NCBI GenBank assembly: GCA_964016885.1
Contig: OZ024742.1
Location: forward strand, 289,044,001 to 289,108,000
Reading direction: 5' to 3'
Length of the DNA stretch: 64,000 bases
Source: Eledone cirrhosa
Lineage: Eukaryota
In this document: positions 12,001 through 24,000 of the stretch, piece after piece
How the letters are laid out: every line of letters starts with the position of its first letter
Position numbering within the stretch: position 1 is the stretch's first letter
The notes under the pieces: model-generated
Told to the model about the DNA's origin: nothing
The model's input: only the letters and a program-made list of their open reading frames with translations
Databases searched by the model: none
Position numbers and translations under genes: made by a program

Positions 12001-15000
12001 GCAGTGGTGTTGGTGGTGGTGTTAGTAAGGTTGATGGCAATGGTGGTGGTGGTGGTAGTAAGGTTGATTTCAGTGGTGTTGGTGGTGTGGGTAGTAAGGT
12101 TGATGGCAGTGGTGTTGGTGGTGGTGGTAGTAAGATTGATGGCAGTGGTGTTGGTGGTGGTGGTAGTAAGGTTGGTGGCAGTGGTGGTGGTGGTGGTGGT
12201 AGTAAGGTTGATGGCAGTGGTGTTGGTGGTGGTGGTAGTAAGGTTGATGGTAGTGGTGTTGGTGGTGGTGGTAGTAAGTTTGATGGCAGTGGTGTTGGTG
12301 GTAGTAAGGTTGATGGTAGTGGTGTTGGTGGTGGTGGTAGTAAGGTTGATGGCAGTGGTGTTGGTAGTGTGGTAGTAAGGTTGATGGCAGTGGTGACGGT
12401 GGTGGTGGTAGTAAGATTGATGGTAGTGGTGTTGGTGGTGGTGGTAGTAAGGTTGATGGCAGTGGTGTTGGTAGTGTGGTAGTAAGGTTGATGGCAGTGG
12501 TGTTGGTGGTGGTGGTAGTAAGGTTGATGGCAGTGGTGGTGGTGGTGGTGGTAGTAAGGTTGATGGCAGTGGTGTTGGTAGTGTGGTAGTAAGGTTGATG
12601 GCAGTGGTGTTGGTGGTGGTGGTAGTAAGGTTGATGGTAGTGGTGTTGGTGGTGGTGGTAGTAAGGTTGATGGCAGTGGTGTTGGTAGTGTGGTAGTAAG
12701 GTTGATGGCAGTGGTGTTGGTGGTGGTGGTAGTAAGGTTGATGGTAGTGGTGTTGGTGGTGGTGGTAGTAAGGTTGATGGCAGTGGTGTTGGTGGTGGTG
12801 GTAGTAAGGTTGATGGTAGTGGTGTTGGTGGTGGTGGTAGTAAGGTTGATGGCAGTGGTGTTGGTGGTGGTGGTGGTAGTAAGGTTGATGGCAGTGGTGT
12901 TGGTGGTGGTGGTAGTAAGGTTGATGGTAGTGGTGTTGGTGGTGGTAGTAAGGTTGATGGCAGTGGTGTTGGTGGTGGTGGTAGTAAGGTTGATGGCAGT
13001 GGTGTTGGTGGTGGTGATAGTAAGGTTGATGGTAGTGGTGGTAGTAAGTTTGATGGTAGTGGTGTTGGTGTTGGTGGTAGTAAGGTTGATGGCAGTGGTG
13101 TTGGTGGTGGTGGTAGTAAGTTTGATGGTAGTGGTGTTGGTGGTGGTGGTAGTAAGGTTTGATGGCAGTGGTGTTGGTGGTGGTGGAAGTAAGGTTGATG
13201 GTAGTGGTGGTGGTAGTAAGGTTGATGGTAGTGGTGTTGGTGGTGGTGATAGTAAGGTTGATGGCAGTGGTGTTGGTGGTGGTGTTAGTAAGGTTGATGG
13301 CAGTGGTGTTGGTGGTGGTAGTAAGGTTGAAGGCAGTGGTGTTGGTGGTGGTGGTAGAAAGGTTGATGGCAGAGGTGTTGGTGGTGGAAGTAAGGTTGAT
13401 GGTAGTGGTGTTGATGGTGGTGGTAGTAAGGTTGATGGCAGTGGTGGTGGTGGTGGTGGTAGTAAGGTTGATGGTAGTGGTGTTGGTGGTGGTGGTAGTA
13501 AGGTTGATGGTAGTGGTGTTGGTGGTGGTGGTAGTAAGGTTGATGGCAGTGATGGTGGTAGTAAGGTTGATGGCAGTGGTGTTGGTGGTGGTGGTAGTAA
13601 GGTTGATGGCAGTGGTGTTGGTGGTGGTGGTAGTAAGGTTGATGGTAGTGGTGTTGGTGGTAGTGGAAGTAAGGTTGATGGCAGTGGTGTTGGTAATGTG
13701 GTAGTAAGGTTGATGGCAGTGGTGTTGATGGTGGTGGTAGTAAGGTTGATGGTAGTGGTGTTGGTGGTGGTGGTAGTAAGGTTGATGGTAGTGGTGTTGG
13801 TGGTGGTGATAGTAAGGTTGATGGCAGTGGTGTTGGTGATGGTGTTAGTAAGGTTGATGGTAGTGGTGTTGGTGGTGGTGGTAGTAAGGTTGATGGTAGT
13901 GGTGTTGGTGGTGGTGGTAGTAAGGTTGATGGTAGTGGTGTTGGTGGTGGTGTTAGTAAGGTTGATGGCAGTGTTGGTGGTGGTGGTAGTAAGGTTGATG
14001 GTAGTGGTGTTGGTGGTGGTGGTAGTAAGGTTGATGGTAGTGGTGTTCGTGGTGGCGGTAGTAAGGTTGATGGCAGTGGTGTTGGTGGTGGTGATAGTAA
14101 GGTTGATGGCAGTGGTGTTGGTGGTGGTGGTAGTAAGGTTGATGGTAGTGGTGTTGGTGGTGGTAGTAAGGTTGATGGCAGTGGTGTTGGTGGTGGTGGT
14201 AGTAAGGTTGATGGTAGTGGTGTTGGTGGTGGTGATAGTAAGGTTGATGGCAGTGGTGTTGGTGATGGTGTTAGTAAGGTTGATGGTAGTGGTGTTGGTG
14301 GTGGTGGTAGTAAGGTTGATGGTAGTGGTGTTGGTGGTGGTGATAGTAAGGTTGATGGCAGTGGTGTTGGTGATGGTGTTAGTAAGGTTGATGGTAGTGG
14401 TGTTGGTGGTGGTGGTAGTAAGGTTGATGGTAGTGGTGTTGGTGGTGGTGGTAGTAAGGTTGATGGTAGTGGTGTTGGTGGTGGTGTTAGTAAGGTTGAT
14501 GGCAGTGTTGGTGGTGGTGGTAGTAAGGTTGATGGTAGTGGTGTTGGTGGTGGTGGTAGTAAGGTTGATGGTAGTGGTGTTGGTGGTGGCGGTAGTAAGG
14601 TTGATGGCAGTGGTGTTGGTGGTGGTGATAGTAAGGTTGATGGCAGTGGTGTTGGTGGTGGTGGTAGTAAGGTTGATGGTAGTGGTGTTGGTGGTGGTAG
14701 TAAGGTTGATGGCAGTGGTGTTGGTGGTGGTGGTAGTAAGGTTGATGGCAGTGGTGTTGGTGGTGGTGATAGTAAGGTTGATGGTAGTGGTGTTGGTGGT
14801 GGTGGTAGTAAGGTTGATGGCAGTGGTGGTGGTGGTGGTGATAGTAAGGTTGATGGCAGTGGTGTTGGTGGTGGTGGTAGTAAGGTTGATGGCAGTGGTG
14901 GTGGTGGTGGTGATAGTAAGGTTGATGGCAGTGGTGTTGGTGGTGGTGATAGTAAGGTTGATGGTAGTGGTGTTGGTGGTGGTGGAAGTAAGGTTGATGG

Positions 15001-18000
15001 TAGTGGTGGTGGTAGTAAGGTTGATGGTAGTGGTGTTGGTGGTGGTGATAGTAAGGTTGATGGCAGTGGTGTTGGTGGTGGTGTTAGTAAGGTTGATGGC
15101 AGTGGTGTTGGTGGTGGTAGTAGTAGGGTTGATGGTAGTGGTCTTGGTGGTGGTGGTAGTAAGGTTGATGGTAGTGGTGTTGGTGGTGGTGTTAGTAAGG
15201 TTGATGGCAGTGGTGGTGGTGGTGGTGGTAGTAAGGTTGATGGCAGTGGTGTTGGTGGTGTTGGTAGTAAGGTTGATGGCAGTGGTGACGGTGGTGGTGG
15301 TAGTAAGATTGATGGCAGTGGTGTTGGTGGTGGTGGTAGTAAGGTTGATGGCAGTGGTGGTGGTGGTGGTGGTAGTAAGGTTGATGGCAGTGGTGTTGGT
15401 GGTGGTGGTAGTAAGGTTGATGGTAGTGGTGTTGGTGGTGGTGGTAGTAAGGTTGATGGCAGTGGTGTTGGTGGTGGTGGTAGTAAGGTTGATGGTAGTG
15501 GTGTTGGTGGTGGTGGTAGTAAGTTTGATGGCAGTGGTGTTGGTGGTAGTAAGGTTGATGGTAGTGGCGTTGGTGGTGGTGGTAGTATGGTTGATGGCAG
15601 TGGTGACGGTGGTGGTGGTAGTAAGATTGATGGCAGTGGTGTTGGTGGTGGTGGTAGTAAGGTTGATGGCAGTGGTGTTGGTGGTGGTGGTAGTAAGGTT
15701 GATGGTAGTGGTGTTGGTGGTGGTGGTAGTAAGGTTGATGGTAGTGGTGGTGGTGGTGGTGGTAGTAAGGTTGATGGTAGTGGTGTTGGTGGTGGTGGTA
15801 GTAAGGTTGATGGTAGTGGTGTTGGTGGTGGTGGTAGTAAGGTTGATGGTAGTGGTGTTGGTGGTGGTGGTAGTAAGGTTGATGGTAGTGGTGGTGGTGG
15901 TGGTGGTAGTAAGGTTGATGGTAGTGGTGTTGGTGGTGGTGGTAGTAAGGTTGATGGTAGTGGTGTTGGTGGTGGTGGTAGTAAGGTTGATGGTAGTGGT
16001 GTTGGTGGTGGTGGTAGTAAGGTTGATGGTAGTGGTGGTGGTGGTGGTGGTAGTAAGGTTGATGGCAGTGGTGGTGGTGGTGGTGGTAGTAAGGTTGATG
16101 GCAGTGGTGTTGGTGGTGGTGGTAGTAAGGTTGATGGTAGTGGTGTTGGTGGTGGTGGTAGTAAGGTTGATGGCAGTGGTGGTGGTGGTGGTGGTAGTAA
16201 GGTTGATGGCAGTGGTGTTGGTGGTGGTGGTAGTAAGGTTGATGGTAGTGGTGTTGGTGGTGGTGGTAGTAAGGTTGATGGCAGTGGTGTTGGTGGTGGT
16301 GGTAGTAAGGTTGATGGCAGTGGTGTTGGTGGTGGTGGTAGTAAGGTTAATGGTAGTGGTGTTGGTGGTGGTGGTAGTAAGGTTGATGGCAGTGGTGTTG
16401 GTAGTGTGGTAGTAAGGTTGATGGCAGTGGTGTTGGTGGTGGTGGTAGTAAGGTTGATGGTAGTGGTGGTGGTGGTGGTGGTAGTAAGGTTGATGGTAGT
16501 GGTGTTGGTGGTGGTGGTAGTAAGGTTGATGGTAGTGGTGGTGGTGGTGGTGGTAGTAAGGTTGATGGTAGTGGTGTTGGTGGTGGTGGTAGTAAGGTTG
16601 ATGGCAGTGGTGTTGGTAGTGTGGTAGTAAGGTTGATGGCAGTGGTGTTGGTGGTGGTGGTAGTAAGGTTGATGGTAGTGGTGTTGGTGGTGGTGGTAGT
16701 ACGGTTGATGGTAGTGGTGTTGGTGGTGGTGGTAGTAAGGTTGATGGCAGTGGTGTTGGTGGTGGTGGTAGTAAGGTTGATGGTAGTGGTGTTGGTAGTG
16801 TGGTAGTAAGGTTGATGGCAGTGGTGTTGGTGGTGGTGGTAGTAAGGTTGATGGTAGTGGTGTTGGTAGTGTGGTAGTAAGGTTGATGGCAGTGGTGTTG
16901 GTGGTGGTGGTAGTAAGGTTGATGGTAGTGGTGTTGGTGGTGGTAGTAAGGTTGATGGCAGTGGTGTTGGTGGTGGTGGTAGTAAGGTTGATGGCAGTGG
17001 TGTTGGTGGTGGTGATAGTAAGGTTGATGGTAGTGGATTTGGTGTTGGTGGTAGTAAGGTTGATGGCAGTGGTGTTGGTGGTGGTGGTAGTAAGGTTGAT
17101 GGTAGTGGTGTTGGTGGTGGTGATAGTAAGGTTGATGGTAGTGGATTTGGTGTTGGTGGTAGTAAGGTTGATGGCAGTGGTGTTGGTGGTGGTGGTAGTA
17201 AGGTTGATGGTAGTGGTGTTGGTGGTGGTGGAAGTAAGGTTGATGGTAGTGGTGGTGTTAGTAAGGTTGATGGCAGTGGTGTTGGTGGTGGTGGTAGTAA
17301 GGTTGAAGGCAGTGGTGTTGGTGGTGGTGGTAGAAAGGTTGATGGCAGTGGTGTTGGTGGTGGTGGTAGTAAGGTTGGTGGCAGTGGTGGTGGTGGTGGT
17401 GGTAGTAAGGTTGAAGGCAGTGGTGTTGGTGGTGGTGGTAGAAAGGTTGATGGCAGTGGTGTTGGTGGTGGTGTTAGTAAGGTTGATGGCAGTGGTGGTG
17501 GTGGTGGTAGTAAGGTTGATTTCAGTGGTGTTGGTGGTGTGGGTAGTAAGGTTGATGGCAGTGGTGTTGGTGGTGGTGGTAGTAAGATTGATGGCAGTGG
17601 TGTTGGTGGTGGTGGTAGTAAGGTTGGTGGCAGTGGTGGTGGTGGTGGTGGTAGTAAGGTTGATGGCAGTGGTGTTGGTGGTGGTGGTAGTAAGGTTGAT
17701 GGTAGTGGTGTTGGTGGTGGTGGTAGTAAGTTTGATGGCAGTGGTGTTGGTGGTAGTAAGGTTGATGGTAGTGGTGTTGGTGGTGGTGGTAGTAAGGTTG
17801 ATGGCAGTGGTGTTGGTAGTGTGGTAGTAAGGTTGATGTCAGTGGTGACGGTGGTGGTGGTAGTAAGATTGATGGTAGTGGTGTTGGTGGTGGTGGTAGT
17901 AAGGTTGATGGCAGTGGTGTTGGTAGTGTGGTAGTAAGGTTGATGGCAGTGGTGTTGGTGGTGGTGGTAGTTAGGTTGATGGCAGTGGTGGTGGTGGTGG

Positions 18001-21000
18001 TGGTAGTAAGGTTGATGGCAGTGGTGTTGGTAGTGTGGTAGTAAGGTTGATGGCAGTGGTGTTGGTGGTGGTGGTAGTAAGGTTGATGGTAGTGGTGTTG
18101 GTGGTGGTGGTAGTAAGGTTGATGGCAGTGGTGTTGGTAGTGTGGTAGTAAGGTTGATGGCAGTGGTGTTGGTGGTGGTGGTAGTAAGGTTGATGGTAGT
18201 GGTGTTGGTGGTGGTGGTAGTAAGGTTGATGGCAGTGGTGTTGGTGGTGGTGGTAGTAAGGTTGATGGTAGTGGTGTTGGTGGTGGTGGTAGTAAGGTTG
18301 ATGGCAGTGGTGTTGGTGGTGGTGGTGGTAGTAAGGTTGATGGCAGTGGTGTTGGTGGTGGTGGTAGTAAGGTTGATGGTAGTGGTGTTGGTGGTGGTAG
18401 TAAGGTTGATGGCAGTGGTGTTGGTGGTGGTGGTAGTAAGGTTGATGGCAGTGGTGTTGGTGGTGGTGATAGTAAGGTTGATGGTAGTGGTGGTAGTAAG
18501 TTTGATGGTAGTGGTGTTGGTGTTGGTGGTAGTAAGGTTGATGGCAGTGGTGTTGGTGGTGGTGGTAGTAAGGTTGATGGTAGTGGTGTTGGTGGTGGTG
18601 GTAGTAAGGTTTGATGGCAGTGGTGTTGGTGGTGGTGGAAGTAAGGTTGATGGTAGTGGTGGTGGTAGTAAGGTTGATGGTAGTGGTGTTGGTGGTGGTG
18701 ATAGTAAGGTTGATGGCAGTGGTGTTGGTGGTGGTGTTAGTAAGGTTGATGGCAGTGGTGTTGGTGGTGGTAGTAAGGTTGAAGGCAGTGGTGTTGGTGG
18801 TGGTGGTAGAAAGGTTGATGGCAGAGGTGTTGGTGGTGGAAGTAAGGTTGATGGTAGTGGTGTTGATGGTGGTGGTAGTAAGGTTGATGGCAGTGGTGGT
18901 GGTGGTGGTGGTAGTAAGGTTGATGGTAGTGGTGTTGGTGGTGGTGGTAGTAAGGTTGATGGTAGTGGTGTTGGTGGTGGTGGTAGTAAGGTTGATGGCA
19001 GTGATGGTGGTAGTAAGGTTGATGGCAGTGGTGTTGGTGGTGGTGGTAGTAAGGTTGATGGCAGTGGTGTTGGTGGTGGTGGTAGTAAGGTTGATGGTAG
19101 TGGTGTTGGTGGTGGTGGAAGTAAGGTTGATGGCAGTGGTGTTGGTAATGTGGTAGTAAGGTTGATGGCAGTGGTGTTGATGGTGGTGGTAGTAAGGTTG
19201 ATGGTAGTGGTGTTGGTGGTGGTGATAGTAAGGTTGATGGTAGTGGTGTTGGTGGTGGTGATAGTAAGGTTGATGGCAGTGGTGTTGGTGATGGTGTTAG
19301 TAAGGTTGATGGTAGTGGTGTTGGTGGTGGTGGTAGTAAGGTTGATGGTAGTGGTGTTGGTGGTGGTGATAGTAAGGTTGATGGCAGTGGTGTTGGTGAT
19401 GGTGTTAGTAAGGTTGATGGTAGTGGTGTTGGTGGTGGTGGTAGTAAGGTTGATGGTAGTGGTGTTGGTGGTGGTGGTAGTAAGGTTGATGGTAGTGGTG
19501 TTGGTGGTGGTGTTAGTAAGGTTGATGGCAGTGTTGGTGGTGGTGGTAGTAAGGTTGATGGTAGTGGTGTTGGTGGTGGTGGTAGTAAGGTTGATGGTAG
19601 TGGTGTTGGTGGTGGCGGTAGTAAGGTTGATGGCAGTGGTGTTGGTGGTGGTGATAGTAAGGTTGATGGCAGTGGTGTTGGTGGTGGTGGTAGTAAGGTT
19701 GATGGTAGTGGTGTTGGTGGTGGTAGTAAGGTTGATGGCAGTGGTGTTGGTGGTGGTGGTAGTAAGGTTGATGGTAGTGGTGTTGGTGGTGGTGATAGTA
19801 AGGTTGATGGCAGTGGTGTTGGTGATGGTGTTAGTAAGGTTGATGGTAGTGGTGTTGGTGGTGGTGGTAGTAAGGTTGATGGTAGTGGTGTTGGTGGTGG
19901 TGATAGTAAGGTTGATGGCAGTGGTGTTGGTGATGGTGTTAGTAAGGTTGATGGTAGTGGTGTTGGTGGTGGTGGTAGTAAGGTTGATGGTAGTGGTGTT
20001 GGTGGTGGTGGTAGTAAGGTTGATGGTAGTGGTGTTGGTGGTGGTGTTAGTAAGGTTGATGGCAGTGTTGGTGGTGGTGGTAGTAAGGTTGATGGTAGTG
20101 GTGTTGGTGGTGGTGGTAGTAAGGTTGATGGTAGTGGTGTTGGTGGTGGCGGTAGTAAGGTTGATGGCAGTGGTGTTGGTGGTGGTGATAGTAAGGTTGA
20201 TGGCAGTGGTGTTGGTGGTGGTGGTAGTAAGGTTGATGGTAGTGGTGTTGGTGGTGGTAGTAAGGTTGATGGCAGTGGTGTTGGTGGTGGTGGTAGTAAG
20301 GTTGATGGCAGTGGTGTTGGTGGTGGTGATAGTAAGGTTGATGGTAGTGGTGTTGGTGGTGGTGGTAGTAAGGTTGATGGCAGTGGTGGTGGTGGTGGTG
20401 ATAGTAAGGTTGATGGCAGTGGTGTTGGTGGTGGTGGTAGTAAGGTTGATGGCAGTGGTGGTGGTGGTTGTGATAGTAAGGTTGATGGCAGTGGTGTTGG
20501 TGGTGGTGATAGTAAGGTTGATGGTAGTGGTGTTGGTGGTGGTGGAAGTAAGGTTGATGGTAGTGGTGGTGGTAGTAAGGTTGATGGTAGTGGTGTTGGT
20601 GGTGGTGATAGTAAGGTTGATGGCAGTGGTGTTGGTGGTGGTGTTAGTAAGGTTGATGGCAGTGGTGTTGGTGGTGGTAGTAGTAGGGTTGATGGTAGTG
20701 GTCTTGGTGGTGGTGGTAGTAAGGTTGATGGTAGTGGTGTTGGTGGTGGTGTTAGTAAGGTTGATGGCAGTGGTGGTGGTGGTGGTGGTAGTAAGGTTGA
20801 TGGCAGTGGTGTTGGTGGTGTTGGTAGTAAGGTTGATGGCAGTGGTGACGGTGGTGGTGGTAGTAAGATTGATGGCAGTGGTGTTGGTGGTGGTGGTAGT
20901 AAGGTTGATGGCAGTGGTGGTGGTGGTGGTGATAGTAAGGTTGATGGCAGTGGTGTTGGTGGTGGTGGTAGTAAGGTTGATGGTAGTGGTGTTGGTGGTG

Positions 21001-24000
21001 GTGGTAGTAAGGTTGATGGCAGTGGTGTTGGTGGTGGTGGTAGTAAGGTTGATGGTAGTGGTGTTGGTGGTGGTGGTAGTAAGTTTGATGGCAGTGGTGT
21101 TGGTGGTAGTAAGGTTGATGGTAGTGGTGTTGGTGGTGGTGGTAGTATGGTTGATTGGCAGTGGTGACGGTGGTGGTGGTAGTAAGATTGATGGCAGTGG
21201 TGTTGGTGGTGGTGGTAGTAAGGTTGATGGCAGTGGTGTTGGTGGTGGTGGTAGTAAGGTTGATGGTAGTGGTGTTGGTGGTGGTGGTAGTAAGGTTGAT
21301 GGTAGTGGTGGTGGTGGTGGTGGTAGTAAGGTTGATGGTAGTGGTGTTGGTGGTGGTGGTAGTAAGGTTGATGGTAGTGGTGTTGGTGGTGGTGGTAGTA
21401 AGGTTGATGGTAGTGGTGTTGGTGGTGGTGGTAGTAAGGTTGATGGTAGTGGTGGTGGTGGTGGTGGTAGTAAGGTTGATGGTAGTGGTGTTGGTGGTGG
21501 TGGTAGTAAGGTTGATGGTAGTGGTGTTGGTGGTGGTGGTAGTAAGGTTGATGGTAGTGGTGTTGGTGGTGGTGGTAGTAAGGTTGATGGTAGTGGTGGT
21601 GGTGGTGGTGGTAGTAAGGTTGATGGCAGTGGTGGTGGTGGTGGTGGTAGTAAGGTTGATGGCAGTGGTGTTGGTGGTGGTGGTAGTAAGGTTGATGGTA
21701 GTGGTGTTGGTGGTGGTGGTAGTAAGGTTGATGGCAGTGGTGGTGGTGGTGGTGGTAGTAAGGTTGATGGCAGTGGTGTTGGTGGTGGTGGTAGTAAGGT
21801 TGATGGTAGTGGTGTTGGTGGTGGTGGTAGTAAGGTTGATGGCAGTGGTGTTGGTGGTGGTGGTAGTAAGGTTGATGGCAGTGGTGTTGGTGGTGGTGGT
21901 AGTAAGGTTAATGGTAGTGGTGTTGGTGGTGGTGGTAGTAAGGTTGATGGCAGTGGTGTTGGTAGTGTGGTAGTAAGGTTGATGGCAGTGGTGTTGGTGG
22001 TGGTGGTAGTAAGGTTGATGGTAGTGGTGGTGGTGGTGGTGGTAGTAAGGTTGATGGTAGTGGTGTTGGTGGTGGTGGTAGTAAGGTTGATGGTAGTGGT
22101 GGTGGTGGTGGTGGTAGTAAGGTTGATGGTAGTGGTGTTGGTGGTGGTGGTAGTAAGGTTGATGGCAGTGGTGTTGGTAGTGTGGTAGTAAGGTTGATGG
22201 CAGTGGTGTTGGTGGTGGTGGTAGTAAGGTTGATGGTAGTGGTGTTGGTGGTGGTGGTAGAAAGGTTGATGGCAGAGGTGTTGGTGGTGGAAGTAAGGTT
22301 GATGGCAGTGGTGTTGATGGTGGTGGTAGTAAGGTTGATGGCAGTGGTGGTGGTGGTGGTGGTAGTAAGGTTGATGGTAGTGGTGTTGGTGGTGGTGGTA
22401 GTAAGGTTGATGGTAGTGGTGTTGGTGGTGGTGGTAGTAAGGTTGATGGTAGTGGTGTTGGTGGTGGTGGTAGTAAGGTTGATGGCAGTGGTGTTGGTGG
22501 TGGTGGTAGTAAGGTTGATGGCAGTGGTGTTGGTGGTGGTGGTAGTAAGATTGATGGCAGTTGTGTTGGTGGTGGTGATAGTAAGGTTGATGATAGTGGT
22601 GTTGGTGTTGGTGGTAGTAAGGTTGATGGCAGTGGTGTTGGTGGTGGTGGTAGTAAGGTTGATGGCAGTTGTGTTGGTGGTGGTGGTAGTAAGGTTGATG
22701 ATAGTGGTGTTGGTGTTGGTGGTAGTAAGGTTGATGGCAGTGGTGTTGGTGGTGGTGGTAGTAAGGTTGATGGTAGTGGTGTTGGTGGTGGTGGTAGTAA
22801 GGTTGATGGCAGTGGTGTTGGTGGTGGTGGAAGTAAGGTTGATGGTAGTGGTGTTGGTAATGTGGTAGTAAGGTTGATGGTAGTGGTGTTGGTGGTGGTG
22901 ATAGTAAGGTTGATGATAGTGGTGTTGGTGTTGGTGGTAGTAAGGTTGATGGCAGTGGTGTTGGTGGTGGTGGTAGTAAGGTTGATGGTAGTGGTGTTAG
23001 TGGTGGTGGTAGTAAGGTTGATGGCAGTGGTGTTGGTGGTGGTGGAAGTAAGGTTGATGGTAGTGGTGGTGGTGGTGGAAGTAAGGTTGATGGCAGTGGT
23101 GTTGGTGGTGGTGTTAGTAAGGTTGATGGCAGTGGTGTTGGTGGTGGTAGTAAGGTTGAAGGCAGTGGTGTTGGTGGTGGTGGTAGAAAGGTTGATGGCA
23201 GAGGTGTTGGTGGTGGAAGTAAGGTTGATGGCAGTGGTGTTGATGGTGGTGGTAGTAAGGTTGATGGCAGTGGTGGTGGTGGTGGTGGTGGTGGTAGTAA
23301 GGTTGATGGTATGGTGTTGGTGGTGGTGGTAGTAAGGTTGATGGTAGTGGTGTTGGTGGTGGTGGTGGTAGTAAGGTTGATGGTAGTGGTGTTGGTGGTG
23401 GTGTTAGTAAAGTTGATGGTAGTGGTGTTGGTGGTGGTGGTAGTAAGGTTGATGGCAGTGGTGTTGGTGGTGGTGGTAGTAAGATTGATGGTAGTGGTGT
23501 TGGTGGTGGTGGTAGTAAGGTTGATGGCAGTGGTGTTGGTAGTGTGGTAGTAAGGTTGATGGTAGTGGTGTTGGTAGTGTGGTAGTAAGTTTGATGGCAG
23601 TGGTGTTGGTGGTGTTGGTAGTAAGGTTGATGGTAGTGGTGTTGGTAGTGTGGTAGTAAGGTTGATGGCAGTGGTGTTGGTGGTGGTGGTAGTAAGGTTG
23701 ATGGCAGTGGTGTTGGTGGTGGTGGTAGTAAGGTTGATGGCAGTGGTGTTGGTAGTGTGGTAGTAAGGTTGATGGCAGTGGTGTTGGTAGTGTGGTAGTA
23801 AGGTTGATGGCAGTGGTGTTGGTGGTGGTGGTAGTAAGGTTGATGGCAGTGGTGGTGGTGGTGGTGGTAGTAAGGTTGATGGCAGTGGTGTTGGTGGTGG
23901 TGGTAGTAAGGTTGATGGCAGTGGTGTTGGTGGTGGTGGTAGTAAGGTTGATGGCAGTGGTGTTGGTGGTGGTGGTAGTAAGGTTGATGGCAGTGGTGTT

